A DNA stretch of 63,984 nt, filler included, from Octopus bimaculoides (Eukaryota): the NCBI RefSeq assembly GCF_001194135.2. It is 5 parts of 5 records of this genome, joined end to end, with 100 filler letters (N's around TTAATTAATTAA, not from the genome) between each part and the next. Parts side by side here need not be neighbours in the genome. Positions count along the whole stretch, not along the records: positions 1 to 27,451 come from NC_068981.1; 4 more parts are not named here. One strand, given 5' to 3'. Below the pieces are notes generated by a model. The model made no database searches and was not told the origin of the DNA. It saw only the letters and a list, made by a program, of their open reading frames with translations. This document shows positions 11,016 through 23,856 of this stretch, in pieces. A program made the position numbers and the translations under genes. Numbering within the stretch: position 1 is the stretch's first letter; the number at the start of each line of letters is the position of its first letter.

Positions 11016-11650
11016 GTGTGTGTGTGTGTGCGTGTGTGTGTGTGTGTCCGAGCGTTAGTACGTATATGGATGTATATGTGAACAACCATTTATGTGTACG
11101 TATAGGCCGATTCTTAAAGGTCAGCTAAGAACAATTGCATGTGAAACCAACTATGAAGAACAAATTAACGGTACAAAGAAATCAAATGTCAATCCCTTTA
11201 AAATGGCAACCACTTTAACAGTAGCAGAATCACGATCCCATTACATCGACACATTCAAAGGAGTTTTCCAGCGGTCCTTCAGCAACAACACACCTTGATA
11301 AACTCAGTGACTACTACTAAATTCAGACCACGACAGACAGAGAGGATGTTCTTGAAACAGTGAATTTGAACTTATGGAGACAATATTTAGATATCGCCTA
11401 AGGAAACACAACTAGATTTCATAATGCAAGAAAACGGTTGCATAATCAAGTACCTGCACGCCTGGAGAAGTACCTTGCGTAAAAACAATTGTAACAATTG
11501 AAAATAAATGTCTAACCGTAGTCTTTCTTGGTGATTCCAATTTTTTTCAATTATCTATTCACACGCGAGAGAATACGTATACTACTACTACTGGATAGCA
11601 CAGGGTGAAATCTGAAGGTGTATTCTACTACGTTTTTAACAGAATATACC

Positions 11651-11684
<34 letters not shown>

Positions 11685-11765
11685 AAAACACATACACACG
11701 CATGATCACATACACAAACATACAAACACATACAGACACGCATCATGTTTGGGTGTGTGTATTGA

Positions 11766-12208
11766 ACTCTTCAGTTTGGGTCACAGATTTTTTGATTATC
11801 TTTTTTAACTAAACAGTTTGAAACTTCGTATACTGGTGTAATTTCTCACGCTGAACACGGTTTACTTTCAACATTTTTGACAAAATTTCGTATTTTAAAA
11901 ATTAGTTCGTGTTAAGGTTGTCGTGTTTTGGTAATTTTAACCAATTACCCGAAATAACCCAGAAGTTGTTGCTCTTCGATTACTATCGCAAACAGCAGTG
12001 GGTTTCTTCAGCTGAATACTCGTCATTGGTTGGTTAAAATTATCCAAATATGACAACTTTAACACAAATTAACTTCAAAAATGTGAAATGTTGTCAAAAA
12101 TATTGAAAGTAAACCGTGGTCAGCGTAAGAAATTACACCAGTATACGAAGTTTCAAACTGTTTAGTAACAAAAAAAATTTTTTTTAATCTGTGAGCCAAA
12201 ATGAAGAG
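11766..12208. mobile_element. MITE/fold-back element with ~180-bp imperfect inverted arms
   Basis: actaaacagtttgaaacttcgtatactggtgtaatttc (11808) is mirrored at 12166; arms extend out to ctcttcagtttgggtcacagatt / aatctgtgagccaaaatgaagag; ~85-bp spacer. Confidence 0.88.
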
Positions 12209-12259
12209 ATCCGTGTGTATGCATATGTGTGGTGTTATGTGTGTGCATGTGTGCGAGTA

Positions 12260-12680
12260 TGCGTGCGTGCATGCGTATCAGAGACTTCTGTATGCTTTGT
12301 GAGACGTGGATTTAAAGCTGTAAACTTCATCACACAAAGGCGTATACATGAGCAATACGTATTTATAGAAGACCAGCAGTTAGCCACACATTCAAGGCTT
12401 TCTTCTCTAAGCAACTAGTTTTTTCCAAATGAAAAAAAAAAAGATCAATACAGCTAAGCAATATTGCTGTCGCAGAGGTTTCCGTCAGACTGCAATGAGA
12501 TGGCAAAAATGCGGTGAGGTATCTTGTTTGACGCTCTAACAACTAAGCCAATGCACTATCAGCTCGAATAAAGGAAGAATGAGCTTTGGAGGCATTGAAA
12601 GTGTCTGTCTGTATGTATGTATGTATGTATGGATGGATGGATGGATGGATAGATGGATGGATGTGTTTTTATTATTGTTG

Positions 12681-12720
<40 letters not shown>

Positions 12721-14484
12721 CATCATCATTATTATCATCATCATTATTATCATCATCATTAGTCGGGCGCTCAATTACCGTTGATATATATTTTTTGTTT
12801 TGTTTTACTTGGATATGCATATGCTATACATAAAAACACATACACACACACATACAAGCGCACGCGTGTGCTTATGTAAGTATGTGTATGTGTGTATGCA
12901 TATACATACAAAAATATACATAGACATACATATATATGTGTGTATATGTGTACATGTATATATATGCGTACGTATATGCATATACACGCACTTATATATT
13001 CATATACATTTACATCTAGTACACGTAGTATATGTATGTGTGTATGTGTACGTATGTATGTATGCATGTATCTATACGCATACACACACACATACACATG
13101 CATAGAACTTACGTATAACTTCGAGAGACTATGTTAATGAAGCTGAAATCTTAGCGTAAGTAAATAATAAGTATAGATTCTCTCTTTCAACATAACATAC
13201 TGAGATGGACAGGTCGTATAATTCGCAGGCGAAAAAATATTGGAGTAGGCCATCCACAAGTCGAAACGAGGGACCGATTGAGAAGTCTCGGCGTATAGTT
13301 AAGGAAGACCGTCGTGAAACAAACCAGGAAAGTGGGAACGAGCACGAGATCAGTATATTCCCTTTCAACGGAAGGTTTGTGCTTGCAGAGAGTGTCGGCG
13401 ATAAAATAGAAAGGATACTTGAACGTACCCGCTAATCCAACTTTCCTAGTCAAGAACAACATACCACTTGTTCGACAGACTCCGTACTCACCCGACTTGG
13501 GAGAGAAAGTTATGAGAAAAGTGACAGCAGAGCTCCATAGCATTCCAGTGGTGTTACTATAAGGCAGAACCACTGGGAGAAGTATATGAACTACCAAGGG
13601 GAATATTTTGAAAGTGATTAAATAAAATTTGTGAAATGTACAAAATTGTCTTTTTTATGCTCAATGGTCAGATAGTTTTTAAACACTCCTCGTAGATAAC
13701 ATTCATATGAAATTTGAAAAATAATTTTAAGCGGTAAGGCTTCATGGAGAAACATATAGTCAATGAAACCCTACATTTCGAAGGGAATCACATTAGATAC
13801 ACAAGATTGAAACGAGTCACAAGGAAAGGAAATCTATTTCTTACATTATCGATAATCCCTTGAAATATTCGATTTGTAAGCGAATTTGTTTTTCCTAAGG
13901 TTGTTCTTGTTCGCCGTTCAAGGGGTGGCTCAACCAAAGCAACCAATGATGAACTTTCGTCACCTGAAAGAAAATATGTCTACCAATCCATGCTCCAACG
14001 GAGAAGAGTTCCAATTGGATCTGGTTCAACAGGAATAGAAGTGAACCTCAAAAGGCGTAATTTAGCCCGCAGTCAGCTGGTGTTTTAGACTGAACTGGAC
14101 ACAACAACCAAGATACCTTGGATCTGGTACACTTTAAATCATCCAGGAGGATTGCAATACAAACAGTAGGATAGAATGCATCTGCAAAGGGGTATGCAGG
14201 AGTCATGACCTAGATGCGACCCAGCACTGCTCTCTTAGAGCGTATGTGTGCGTGCGCGTGCATGCGTGCGTGCGTATCTGAGACCTATATATGTCTTGTG
14301 AGACATGGATTTGAAGCTGTAAACTTCATCACCAAGGCGCAAACATTCGGCGATATATATTTATGTATTTATAGAAACCCAGCAGTTACTCATAGAAGGC
14401 TTTCTGCACCATGCCACCAATATTTTCCATAGAGAAAAACCCAACGGTCAATAGAACTACGCAGAGGTTTCCGTCAGACCGCAA
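12260..14484. repeat. Diverged direct duplication: 12260-12495 and 14260-14484
   Basis: Shared blocks tggattt.aagctgtaaacttcatcac, gtatttatagaa..ccagcagtta and gcagaggtttccgtcagac. Confidence 0.85.
13190..13694 (+). mobile_element. Internally deleted mariner (Tc1/mariner) transposon relic
   Basis: RPSTSRNE...IVKEDRR (HTH region), FLVKNNIPLVRQTPYSPDL, QGEYFESD*; 3' TIR-like ...aaacactcctcg followed by TA. Confidence 0.88.
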
Positions 14485-14764
14485 ACATTTGATTGATGGG
14501 AGCTTCTCTGAAGAACACCTGCTGTTCAGCTCTCCCTAGAGTTTCATATTACCTATCCTGTTATATTGATGGTCTTGAAGAGACGCATTCCTCTCTGTAC
14601 ACAATACCAAATATCATGGTTCTTGTATTGTATTTAATCGAGAATAACATTTATCTGATTAGTTGTGATTAAAGTAGCAGATCATTAGTCCGGGCTAAAA
14701 AGTCATCTTCACTTCGGAGTTCATTAACAAGCAATGGTCGGACTAATTATTGAGCCAGCTTCCA

Positions 14765-14830
<66 letters not shown>

Positions 14831-15004
14831 GCACATACACACACACTCACACTCACACACACAAACATATATACACACACACTAACACACACAGATACTT
14901 ACAGATACACTCTCCCTTGCATACGCTCATAGCATATGTATGTATATGTATGTGTATACTTATATATATACATATGTGTATGTATATATGTGTGTGTATA
15001 CTTT

Positions 15005-15058
<54 letters not shown>

Positions 15059-15330
15059 CATATATGCCTGTGTATGTATGAATATCTATGTATATATGAG
15101 TGTGTATATATGTATGTGTGCATATATGTATGTGTGTGTATGTATGAGTGTATGTGTGTATATATGTGCGCGCGTGTGTGCGTGCGTGCCAACATACAAA
15201 CACGCATACACACATACATACATACATACATACATACATACATACATACATACACGTATGATTTTCATACCCGCACACTCATATACACAACTACATACAA
15301 ACACACACATAGTTACACATAAACTCACAT
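14765..15330. repeat. Compound (CA)/(TA)/(TG)/(CATA) microsatellite block
   Basis: Direct observation. Confidence 0.95.
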
Positions 15331-15794
15331 ACACACATGCCACATCACTCTAGTTGCTCATTTCTCTATTTCCCTACCATCTTTCCTCACCTATATCTAT
15401 CCCAACTGGTTGCTATGGCAATGAGAGCAAGTAATCTCTTTCACTTCTCTCTTTCTTCCTCTCTTTCTCGCTTTCATTCCTTCTTTCTCTCGTTCCTTTG
15501 TACTTTCTTCTTCGTGTGTGCATCCATTTCTATTATTCATTCGCATTTATTTCTTTTTCCTTTGATGTTTCCTTCGTGTCTATAGTTCTTCCTTTCTTTC
15601 TCTCTTTTCTTTCATGTAATTATTTTTTATTTTATTTTTATTTTATTTTCCTTCTTTTTAATATATTTTTCTTCATTTTATATTTTTTCTTCTTTCTTTT
15701 CTCTTTTATACATTTGTCTTTCACCATTTCTAGTTATCTTCTGATTTACCCTTCCCCTTCCATTCTTTCCCAAAACTTTTATATGCATATTTAC

Positions 15795-15960
15795 ACATAC
15801 ATACATACATACATACATAGAGACAGACAGACAGACAAACAGACAAGCAGACAGACAGATAAGCAGACAGACAGACAGACAGACAAGCAGACAGACAAGC
15901 AGACAGACAGACAGACAAGAAGACAGACAGACAAGCAGACAGACAGACAGAAGGATGGAG
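15795..15960. repeat. (CATA)n/(GACA)n microsatellite
   Basis: Direct observation; continues across an N gap. Confidence 0.95.
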
Positions 15961-17023
15961 AGAGNNNNNNNNNNNNNNNNNNNNNNNNNNNNNNNNNNNN
16001 NNNNNNNNNNNNNNNNNNNNNNNNNNNNNNNNNNNNNNNNNNNNNNNNNNNNNNNNNNNNNNNNNNNNNNNNNNNNNNNNNNNNNNNNNNNNNNNNNNNN
16101 NNNNNNNNNNNNNNNNNNNNNNNNNNNNNNNNNNNNNNNNNNNNNNNNNNNNNNNNNNNNNNNNNNNNNNNNNNNNNNNNNNNNNNNNNNNNNNNNNNNN
16201 NNNNNNNNNNNNNNNNNNNNNNNNNNNNNNNNNNNNNNNNNNNNNNNNNNNNNNNNNNNNNNNNNNNNNNNNNNNNNNNNNNNNNNNNNNNNNNNNNNNN
16301 NNNNNNNNNNNNNNNNNNNNNNNNNNNNNNNNNNNNNNNNNNNNNNNNNNNNNNNNNNNNNNNNNNNNNNNNNNNNNNNNNNNNNNNNNNNNNNNNNNNN
16401 NNNNNNNNNNNNNNNNNNNNNNNNNNNNNNNNNNNNNNNNNNNNNNNNNNNNNNNNNNNNNNNNNNNNNNNNNNNNNNNNNNNNNNNNNNNNNNNNNNNN
16501 NNNNNNNNNNNNNNNNNNNNNNNNNNNNNNNNNNNNNNNNNNNNNNNNNNNNNNNNNNNNNNNNNNNNNNNNNNNNNNNNNNNNNNNNNNNNNNNNNNNN
16601 NNNNNNNNNNNNNNNNNNNNNNNNNNNNNNNNNNNNNNNNNNNNNNNNNNNNNGGAGGGATACAGATAGACAGACAGATAGATAGATAGATAGATAGATA
16701 GATCTAAGTATAAATGTGTATATATATCATTGGCGTTGCTAGAAGGGTAGCGGACAAAGAAATGACCGCTGCTCTTGAGCACAGATTTATTTGTTTTAAA
16801 GTGGTGCCTTTTCAACGAGTTTTTCTTTAATTCTTTGGTTCACTTGTGTGATAAAAGTCGAATCTCATTATGTTATTTATTGCTTTTTTTTATTGCGTGA
16901 TCTTTGATGAACTTTCTGAACTCATTACTTTATTTGGCTAACCTCATCAGTGTTTTGAACTGTCTGCTAAATCTCATGTGATGCACTGGTAGCCATTGAC
17001 ATCCGGGGTACCGAAACAAACCG

Positions 17024-17031
17024 TGACGTCA
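17024..17031. promoter_or_regulatory. Perfect CRE palindrome TGACGTCA in unique sequence
   Basis: Motif match only; no functional evidence. Confidence 0.25.
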
Positions 17032-17235
17032 TAACCTCCTCTGATTCTGGACGATCCTATGGAGTTTCATCTTTCTGATGTCACAAGCCACAACCCCAGT
17101 AATTGTAAGCTGTGTACATCATAACTCTCTTACTGAAACAGAAATTGATGAATATAGGATACGATTATGTATATGTAGCGGTTCGTCTAGCAGAAATTAA
17201 AAAAAAAACATTCGATTTTATTTTCTTGTATTTTT

Positions 17236-18024
17236 TTTACTCTTTTACTCTTTTACTTGTTTCAATCATTTGACTGCGGCCATGCTGGAGCACCGGCTTT
17301 AGTCGAGCAAATAAACCCCAGGACTTAATCTTTGTAAGCCCAGTACTTATTCTATCGGTTGTTGAGGCGCAATGGCCCAGTGGTTAGGGCAGCGGACTCG
17401 CGGTCATAGGATCGCGGTTTCGATTCCCAGACCGGGCATTGTGAGTGTTTATTGAACGAAAAACACCTAAAGCTCCACGAGGCTCCGGCAGGGGATGGTG
17501 GCGAACCCTGCTGTACTCTTTCACGATAATTTTCTCTTACTCTTACTTCCTGTTTCTGTTGTGCCTGTAATTCAAAGGGTCAGCCTTGTCACACTGTGTC
17601 ACGCTGAATATCTCCTACGTTAAGGGTACACGTGTCTGTGGAGTGCTCAGCCATTTACACGTTAATTTCACGAGCAGGCTGGAACCCTCGACGTCGTAAG
17701 CGACGGATTGCCAACAACAACAATTCTATCGGTCTGTTTTGCCGACCCGTTAAGTTACGGGGAAGTAAACACACCAGCATCGGTTGTCAAGCGATGCTGG
17801 GGGACAAACACAGACACACAAACATATGCACACACATACATACACATATATATATATATATATATATATACGACGGGCTTCTTTCTGTTTCCGTCTACCA
17901 AATCCACTCACAAGGCTTTGGTCGGCCCGAGGCTATAGTAGAAGACACTTGCCCAAAGTGCCACGCAGTGGGACTGAACCCAGAACCATGTGGTTGGTAA
18001 GCAAGCTACTTACCACACAGCCAC
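17236..18024 (-). mobile_element. Full-length SINE family B interrupted by a SINE C insertion
   Basis: Tail (ttttactc)n...gctggagcacc at 17236-17359; resumes at 17723 and runs to the head cttaccacacagccac. Confidence 0.93.
17360..17722 (+). mobile_element. SINE family C with (CAA)n tail and 11-bp TSD
   Basis: ggcgcaatggcccagtggttaggg head, tttcgattccc B-box; TSD attctatcggt at 17349-17359 and 17723-17733. Confidence 0.93.
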
Positions 18025-18285
18025 AGTTGTTCGTTTTTCGCACTTTTTGTGCTAGTTTATCACATGTTTGTGATAGGATGTCTGACATAAATGTCTAGAT
18101 CACTGCCTAATCAGCAATTAGCAATAATACAACTTCATGAGTTTTCATCATCCTACTGTATTATATAAACCGCTCTTACACTATTCCACTAAATAAGGAT
18201 ATTAGAAATAACTTTCTTAAGAGAAAACTTCTGTTGCCAGGGCACATGCTGTCGTTCTTGGCTACGAAAATGCATCCCTTGTCTA

Positions 18286-18360
<75 letters not shown>

Positions 18361-18964
18361 CTCCCTCTTCTCTCTCATTTTCTTTCACTCTCTCTTTCGC
18401 TCGTTTCAACTACACTCCAAGATAAACTTCAACAGATTGTGCTTTCATGCAAGATTCTATAGAAATTCTGCATAAGTAATCGAAAGGTAAACAAGCAGTT
18501 CCTATATTGGTTAACTGAAAGATTGTTCAAACAAAGAGTGAACGTTTACATTCCAGCATTAATGAACGAGGACATTCTACGTTTCGATAATAAAACAAAC
18601 TTTCGCTGCTATTTTTTTTTTGCATTCTCATCGTATTTAAATATTTTCAGTTCTCTCCAAGGACTCTTCATATGTTCCTAACCTGTATAACAGTAATTTG
18701 ACAGCTAGTATAAATGATTTTATTGCTTCAATATGGAAGATATTTTCTTTTATTCAGAATTACTTTGTCAGGCTTTACACATACACCTTATATATATGTC
18801 TTCGTTCCTCTTACTTCTCAATATTGAATTATCTTTACTGATAGAACTTCATTGTCCGGCTTAGTCTATCTTTCTCGAAATCTCACAAGTACAGACATGC
18901 ATTACTTAATATTTTTCTCTATATCTTCTTCGCATATTTATAGATAATTAGATACAAACATGTA

Positions 18965-19300
18965 TGCATGGCTCAGTGGTTAAAGTGCCGGGCTCACAGT
19001 TATGAGATAATGAGTTCGCTTCCCGGACCGGGTTGTGTGTTATGTTCTTGAGCAAGACACTTTATTTCACGTTGCTCCAGTTCACCCAGCTGTAGAAATG
19101 AGTTGTGACATCACTGGTGCCAAGCTGTATCGGTCTTTGCTTTTCCCTTGGATAACATCGGTGGCATGGAGAGGGGAAGCTGGTATGCACGGGCGACTAC
19201 TGGTCTTCCATAGACAAGCTTGCCCAGACTTGTTCCTCGGAGGGTAACTCTCTAGGTGCAGCTCCATGGTCATTCATGACCGATGGGTTTCTTTACCCGT
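18965..19300 (+). mobile_element. SINE family D
   Basis: tggctcagtggttaaag A-box; gttcttgagcaagacactttatttcacgttgctccagttcacccagctg core. Confidence 0.85.
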
Positions 19301-19329
19301 TTTTATTATTTATCTGTCAATCTATCTAT

Positions 19330-19377
<48 letters not shown>

Positions 19378-20329
19378 ATCTCTTTCTTTCTTTCTTTCTT
19401 CCTTCATATAACTTAGATATAGAATTTGGTAACCTACTGATATCTACTAGACATTATAACTAATTAAATATTTCGCATACATTTGAGCAATTCATTTATT
19501 GTAACGGGAACTCGTTGTTAAACCAAGGATCATTGCTTCAAATGTAATTATTATAGTATATTCTCATCACATGGTAATATTATCATAGTTCCTTTCTTTT
19601 TCCCCTGAGAAGAAACTATCTAAGTTAGAAAGAAGATGAAAAAAAGTTACAGATCGAGAGAAAGAATCGTTAAAATATTAAGTATTGGAAGCCTGCTTTT
19701 CATTCAACAAGAGCACGGCGTCTGCTGTGCCAGAGATGGAACTCTCCGAAGACTTTCTACTAACCTAAAGTCCGTGAGATAGACAGACCGTTATTGTTAA
19801 AGGTAGAACTCGCGATAGACTTGCAGACCTACTTTCAGCCTAGAAGCTGATACCATCACCCTGCGTGCAGCGGCTGCACGTAGTGGAAAGAGAGACCCTA
19901 GAATAACGTGGTCCCTTCAGTAGACTACCACCCAGGAGACGAATATGACAAAGTAAAACTCTGTGCGATTATTAACACATACATGGAATATGCGACAGGC
20001 TCACGCAGGTTTTATGAAATACCGTAGTAACAGATCTCGCAATGCTTTTCTTGAGTCATACCTTTTTCAGCCGAGTCTTAATTTTTTTTCAATTTTCCGA
20101 AAGACGAAGCTGGATGTCATTTCAAGTAACAATGAATAAGCACTGGTCGATTCACTCATAAAAGACAAATACTATGCTTTGTTCTACATGTTAGTTTTTT
20201 TAAAGGAGGGATGGATATTTGTAGTGATCCAAAAACTTGTTACAAGACTTTTGTTTAAGATACACACAGTAGAAAATAACATGAAAAATCGATTAGTTAA
20301 CTGGTTAAATGCAAATTAATTGACTAACA

Positions 20330-20740
20330 ATAATAAAAGAAGTGAAATAGAACCATTATTATTGACCAAATGATCTCCCAAGATACAGCAAAATCTGTTT
20401 CAACACACAGGTTTAATTCAAGAATTTTGCAAACCAAATACAAAAGCAAAATATGCAAAAATGTAAAGCTCACAACACACACACACACACACACACAAAA
20501 AGAGCTGTTCAACGACGGAAATCGTTGAGCTGGCATTGCAAATATGGAAAGAAAAATGATAGAGGAAAGCAGAGTGAATCTAACCTGTATTAATGGTGTG
20601 GTTCTCTGTTTGAGAAAACAGGGATTGGCATTTCATGGTCATCGCGAGTATAAATGTTTAGCTTCTTCAAGAACAAAAGAGGGTAAACATTTTAGAGCCT
20701 ATTAAAATGTTTACTAAAAATGATATAATACTAATGTGCA
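20330..20740 (+). mobile_element. hAT transposase relic (ZMYM1/DUF4371-like) with adjacent repeat
   Basis: MERKMIEESRVNLTCINGVVLCLRKQGLAFHGHRE...EGKHF at 20544-20691 matches the RQGLAFRGH.E...GNF motif; 20330-20460 is similar to 23100-23190. Confidence 0.7.
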
Positions 20741-21589
20741 AAAAAAGCTTTAAGAAACAGTTGTCAGCATTTATTGTTTTCCAGGGCCTTATGAAACTGT
20801 TTTGAAAATGGTTTTGAGTTAAAATAGTGTATTTTTTGTAAAAGTGAAACTATTTTATTTGGGAAATGTAATGCTTAAAGAGTGAATGTTTTCGTAGAAT
20901 ATAAATATAATGAATCTTGTAGAGGAGAGTGATGGGTAGATACTATAAAGCATCAATGTGTCAATTAAGGTGAATAAAACATGGACATTTACCCTCCCAA
21001 GTTTGTAAAATTTTAATAGAAAAGAATTTGGGTGATTAACAGCAAATATACGAGACACGATCACTGTTGTACAAACTTATGACCTTCTCCATAACATTTA
21101 CTGTGTCTTGGTTGCTGGGAGAATACGTAATTCTCTTAAATCATGCATCACGCAAATGATATTTATTGAGGTGCATGAAAAGAATAGTCGAAAGAAATTG
21201 TCATTGGGAACTGACATATTTTTCCAAGACAAACTATTTCATGTGCAAATCATCGTTCTCATATATTCCTAGAGGTATGAGATAACAAACATAAAAGAAC
21301 TAACAGTTGGAAGTAAATTGATACTAGAGGTTATAGCGAACTGAAAGACTGTTGTTATTATATATATATATATNNNNNNNNNNNNNNNNNNNNNNNNNNN
21401 NNNNNNNNNNNNNNNNNNNNNNNNNNNNNNNNNNNNNNNNNNNNNNNNNNNNNNNNNNNNNNNNNNNNNNNNNNNNNNNNNNNNNNNNNNNNNNNNNNNN
21501 NATATATATGCAGAACATTGGATTCAAAGTCCAATCTAAATTATAGGTGTTGGTACATTGAAATTCACGAAAGCACATTTGTCACACGT

Positions 21590-21760
21590 AACACAAGAAT
21601 AGCGGGGATTATTTTATGAAGATACAGTGTGTCTTTGGAGTTCTTGAAGTTAGTTCTCAAAGGTGTTTTCTGACAGTAGTAGACAACAAGTGTAAGCGTC
21701 TTCTTACGTCCATACAACACCATTAATCAAATAGGTTCTCAGCCTTTGACGTTTAATGAT
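21590..21760 (+). mobile_element. Merlin (IS1016-like) DDE transposase relic
   Basis: VFGVLEVSSQRCFLTVVDNKCKRLLTSIQHH resembles the Merlin pattern WVFG.IER...CFL..V..RS..TL..II. Confidence 0.6.
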
Positions 21761-22734
21761 TCACAGAATTCTATTAATCCAGTTTCGGATGCAGCTATAA
21801 ATGATGCTGAATCGTTGTGAAATTCTGCCAAAACAGGAAATAAATGAGACATTGGCACTCATCGCACACAAGTAGATTCTTATTTAATCGACTTTATTTG
21901 GCGTTGTCTTTCCTAATGATGGATTTCAACTGTTATTTGAAGATATTGCATTTATTTATCGTTTGTAATAAATAATAATGGAAATCGTTTTATCGGTGGA
22001 ACTCGAAGTGGATAAAACTATATATGATAGCAAGTAAAATATTGATTTTTAAAAAAATCCTTGGATAGGAAAAGAGATTGATCACTGCCTACCTCTCGAA
22101 GTTTCCAAAGCAAATGGGTTACGAATAAAAGATTATAATGTAAATAGATAATGATGAATTTGAACAATTATTGAAAATGGAATAAAGAAAAAAACAAATG
22201 AAATATTCACTTTACTCCCAGAAAATCGCTTTTTCTTTTTGACCTGCAAAAACACAATATTCCTCAGAGTAATTACTTTCACTTTTATGAGGGCCTGGGG
22301 AAAACAGAAGCGACCAGTTTTCAACTTCAAAAAATTAAACCAAGTACCAAATTGACAACAAAAAACGTATTAGTTCTATAGTTTATATTAGTTCACGTCG
22401 ACGTAATTTTGAAGTAAAATGGAAAATGTTAAGTAAATGATGAAATGAAATGTACTTAGTTTCTTTTCATAAACTTCTCTTGTGGATTCAACGCAAATTA
22501 TAACAGACTAAAAAAATAATTAGAAATTACTAGTTTTTCAGATAATTTACAAATGTAATAATTAGAAAAAGTTCATTATTTTCAAATTATAAAGTCAATA
22601 CAATTTATGATTTAAGATTTCAATAATGTGTGAAACCTGTTTACAGTCTGATCACATATGACGAAAATTTAAGTTTTCGTTTCATCGTTTCAGTTTCACA
22701 TTTCATGTTTTCATTTTTACCGATTTACATCGTC

Positions 22735-23030
22735 ACGGCAAGGATTGCCTTGATTTAGGTCTATCATGGTCCCTTGGGTCCATAAAGCTGGAGTTCAACC
22801 CGCTTTCCATGGTATATAAGCGATTGAGATACACTCCTGAACGGACACCATTCAGTCGTACGGTTAACTTCCTTACTATTGCTGGAACTCATTTACTGCT
22901 GAATGGATTGGAGCCACGTGAAATGAAGTGTTTTTCTCATGAACGCAACACACTGCGTGGTCCAGGAATCGAAACCACAATCTTATGATCGCGAGTGCAA
23001 CACCCAAACCACTAGGCCACATGCCTTTAC
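22735..23030 (-). mobile_element. SINE family D
   Basis: Reverse complement of the ggcatgtggcctagtggtt head and gctccaatccattcagcagtaaatgagt core, with tail. Confidence 0.85.
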
Positions 23031-23856
23031 CATATCAAGGATTACATCTTATTTTTATCAGGAACATTGTAATCAATACAACAAATTACATTTTTACGTT
23101 CATGTGTTTGTTTTACAAGATTCTTGATGTGAAATCGTGTGTTGAAACAGATATTGTTATATTTGGAGTCATATTTTGCCAATTAAACACCCATTATTTG
23201 TTTGATCTTCACTTTATCTTCGTTATTATCATTATTCGTTCCTTTGTCAGAGTGCTTTCGTCACACATCTCTCTGACCTCTTCATCTTCTTTCTGTCCCA
23301 TGTGTCCATACATTTTATTTTGGAAAATGAAATTTGAAAATTAACGTAAAAATAATTATGGAGAGAAATATGAAAACGAAAGCAAACTCGAACTGTTAGC
23401 ATAACAAATTTAAAATACATGCACAGTTTTACATACATCACTTTTGTTTTTCTTTTCAATATAAGATGGTTCTCTTCTTCAAGCTCATTATTACCTTAAT
23501 TCTAACTGTATTCTTCATCATTATAAGTTTCTTTATCAATCCTTGTTTCTTTTTTAAGTATAAACTTGAAAGTTAGGTCAACGGAGCGAGTTACATCAAG
23601 ATTAAAGCTCCAAGCAGTTTAAATGCTATATATCTGATATCCAAGGGATATCAGATATATATAAGATGTAATCCTTGATATGGTAAAGGCATGTGGCCTA
23701 GTGGTTTGGGTGTTGCACTCGCGATCATAAGATTGTGGTTTCGATTCTTGGACCACGCAGTGTGTTGCGTTCATGAGAAAAACACTTCATTTCACGTGGC
23801 TCCAATCCATTCAGCAGTAAATGAGCTCCAGCAATAGTAAGGAAGTTAACCGTACG
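22857..23856. repeat. 196-bp inverted duplication (22857-23052 vs 23661-23856), 2 mismatches
   Basis: Base-by-base comparison; includes about 24 bp of non-SINE flank. Confidence 0.95.
23627..23661. other. Perfect 16-bp-stem hairpin
   Basis: tatatatctgatatcc-aag-ggatatcagatatata. Confidence 0.95.

Noticed and set aside
11100-11520. Possible retroelement or coding relic
   Set aside because: No recognisable motif in any frame; left unannotated.
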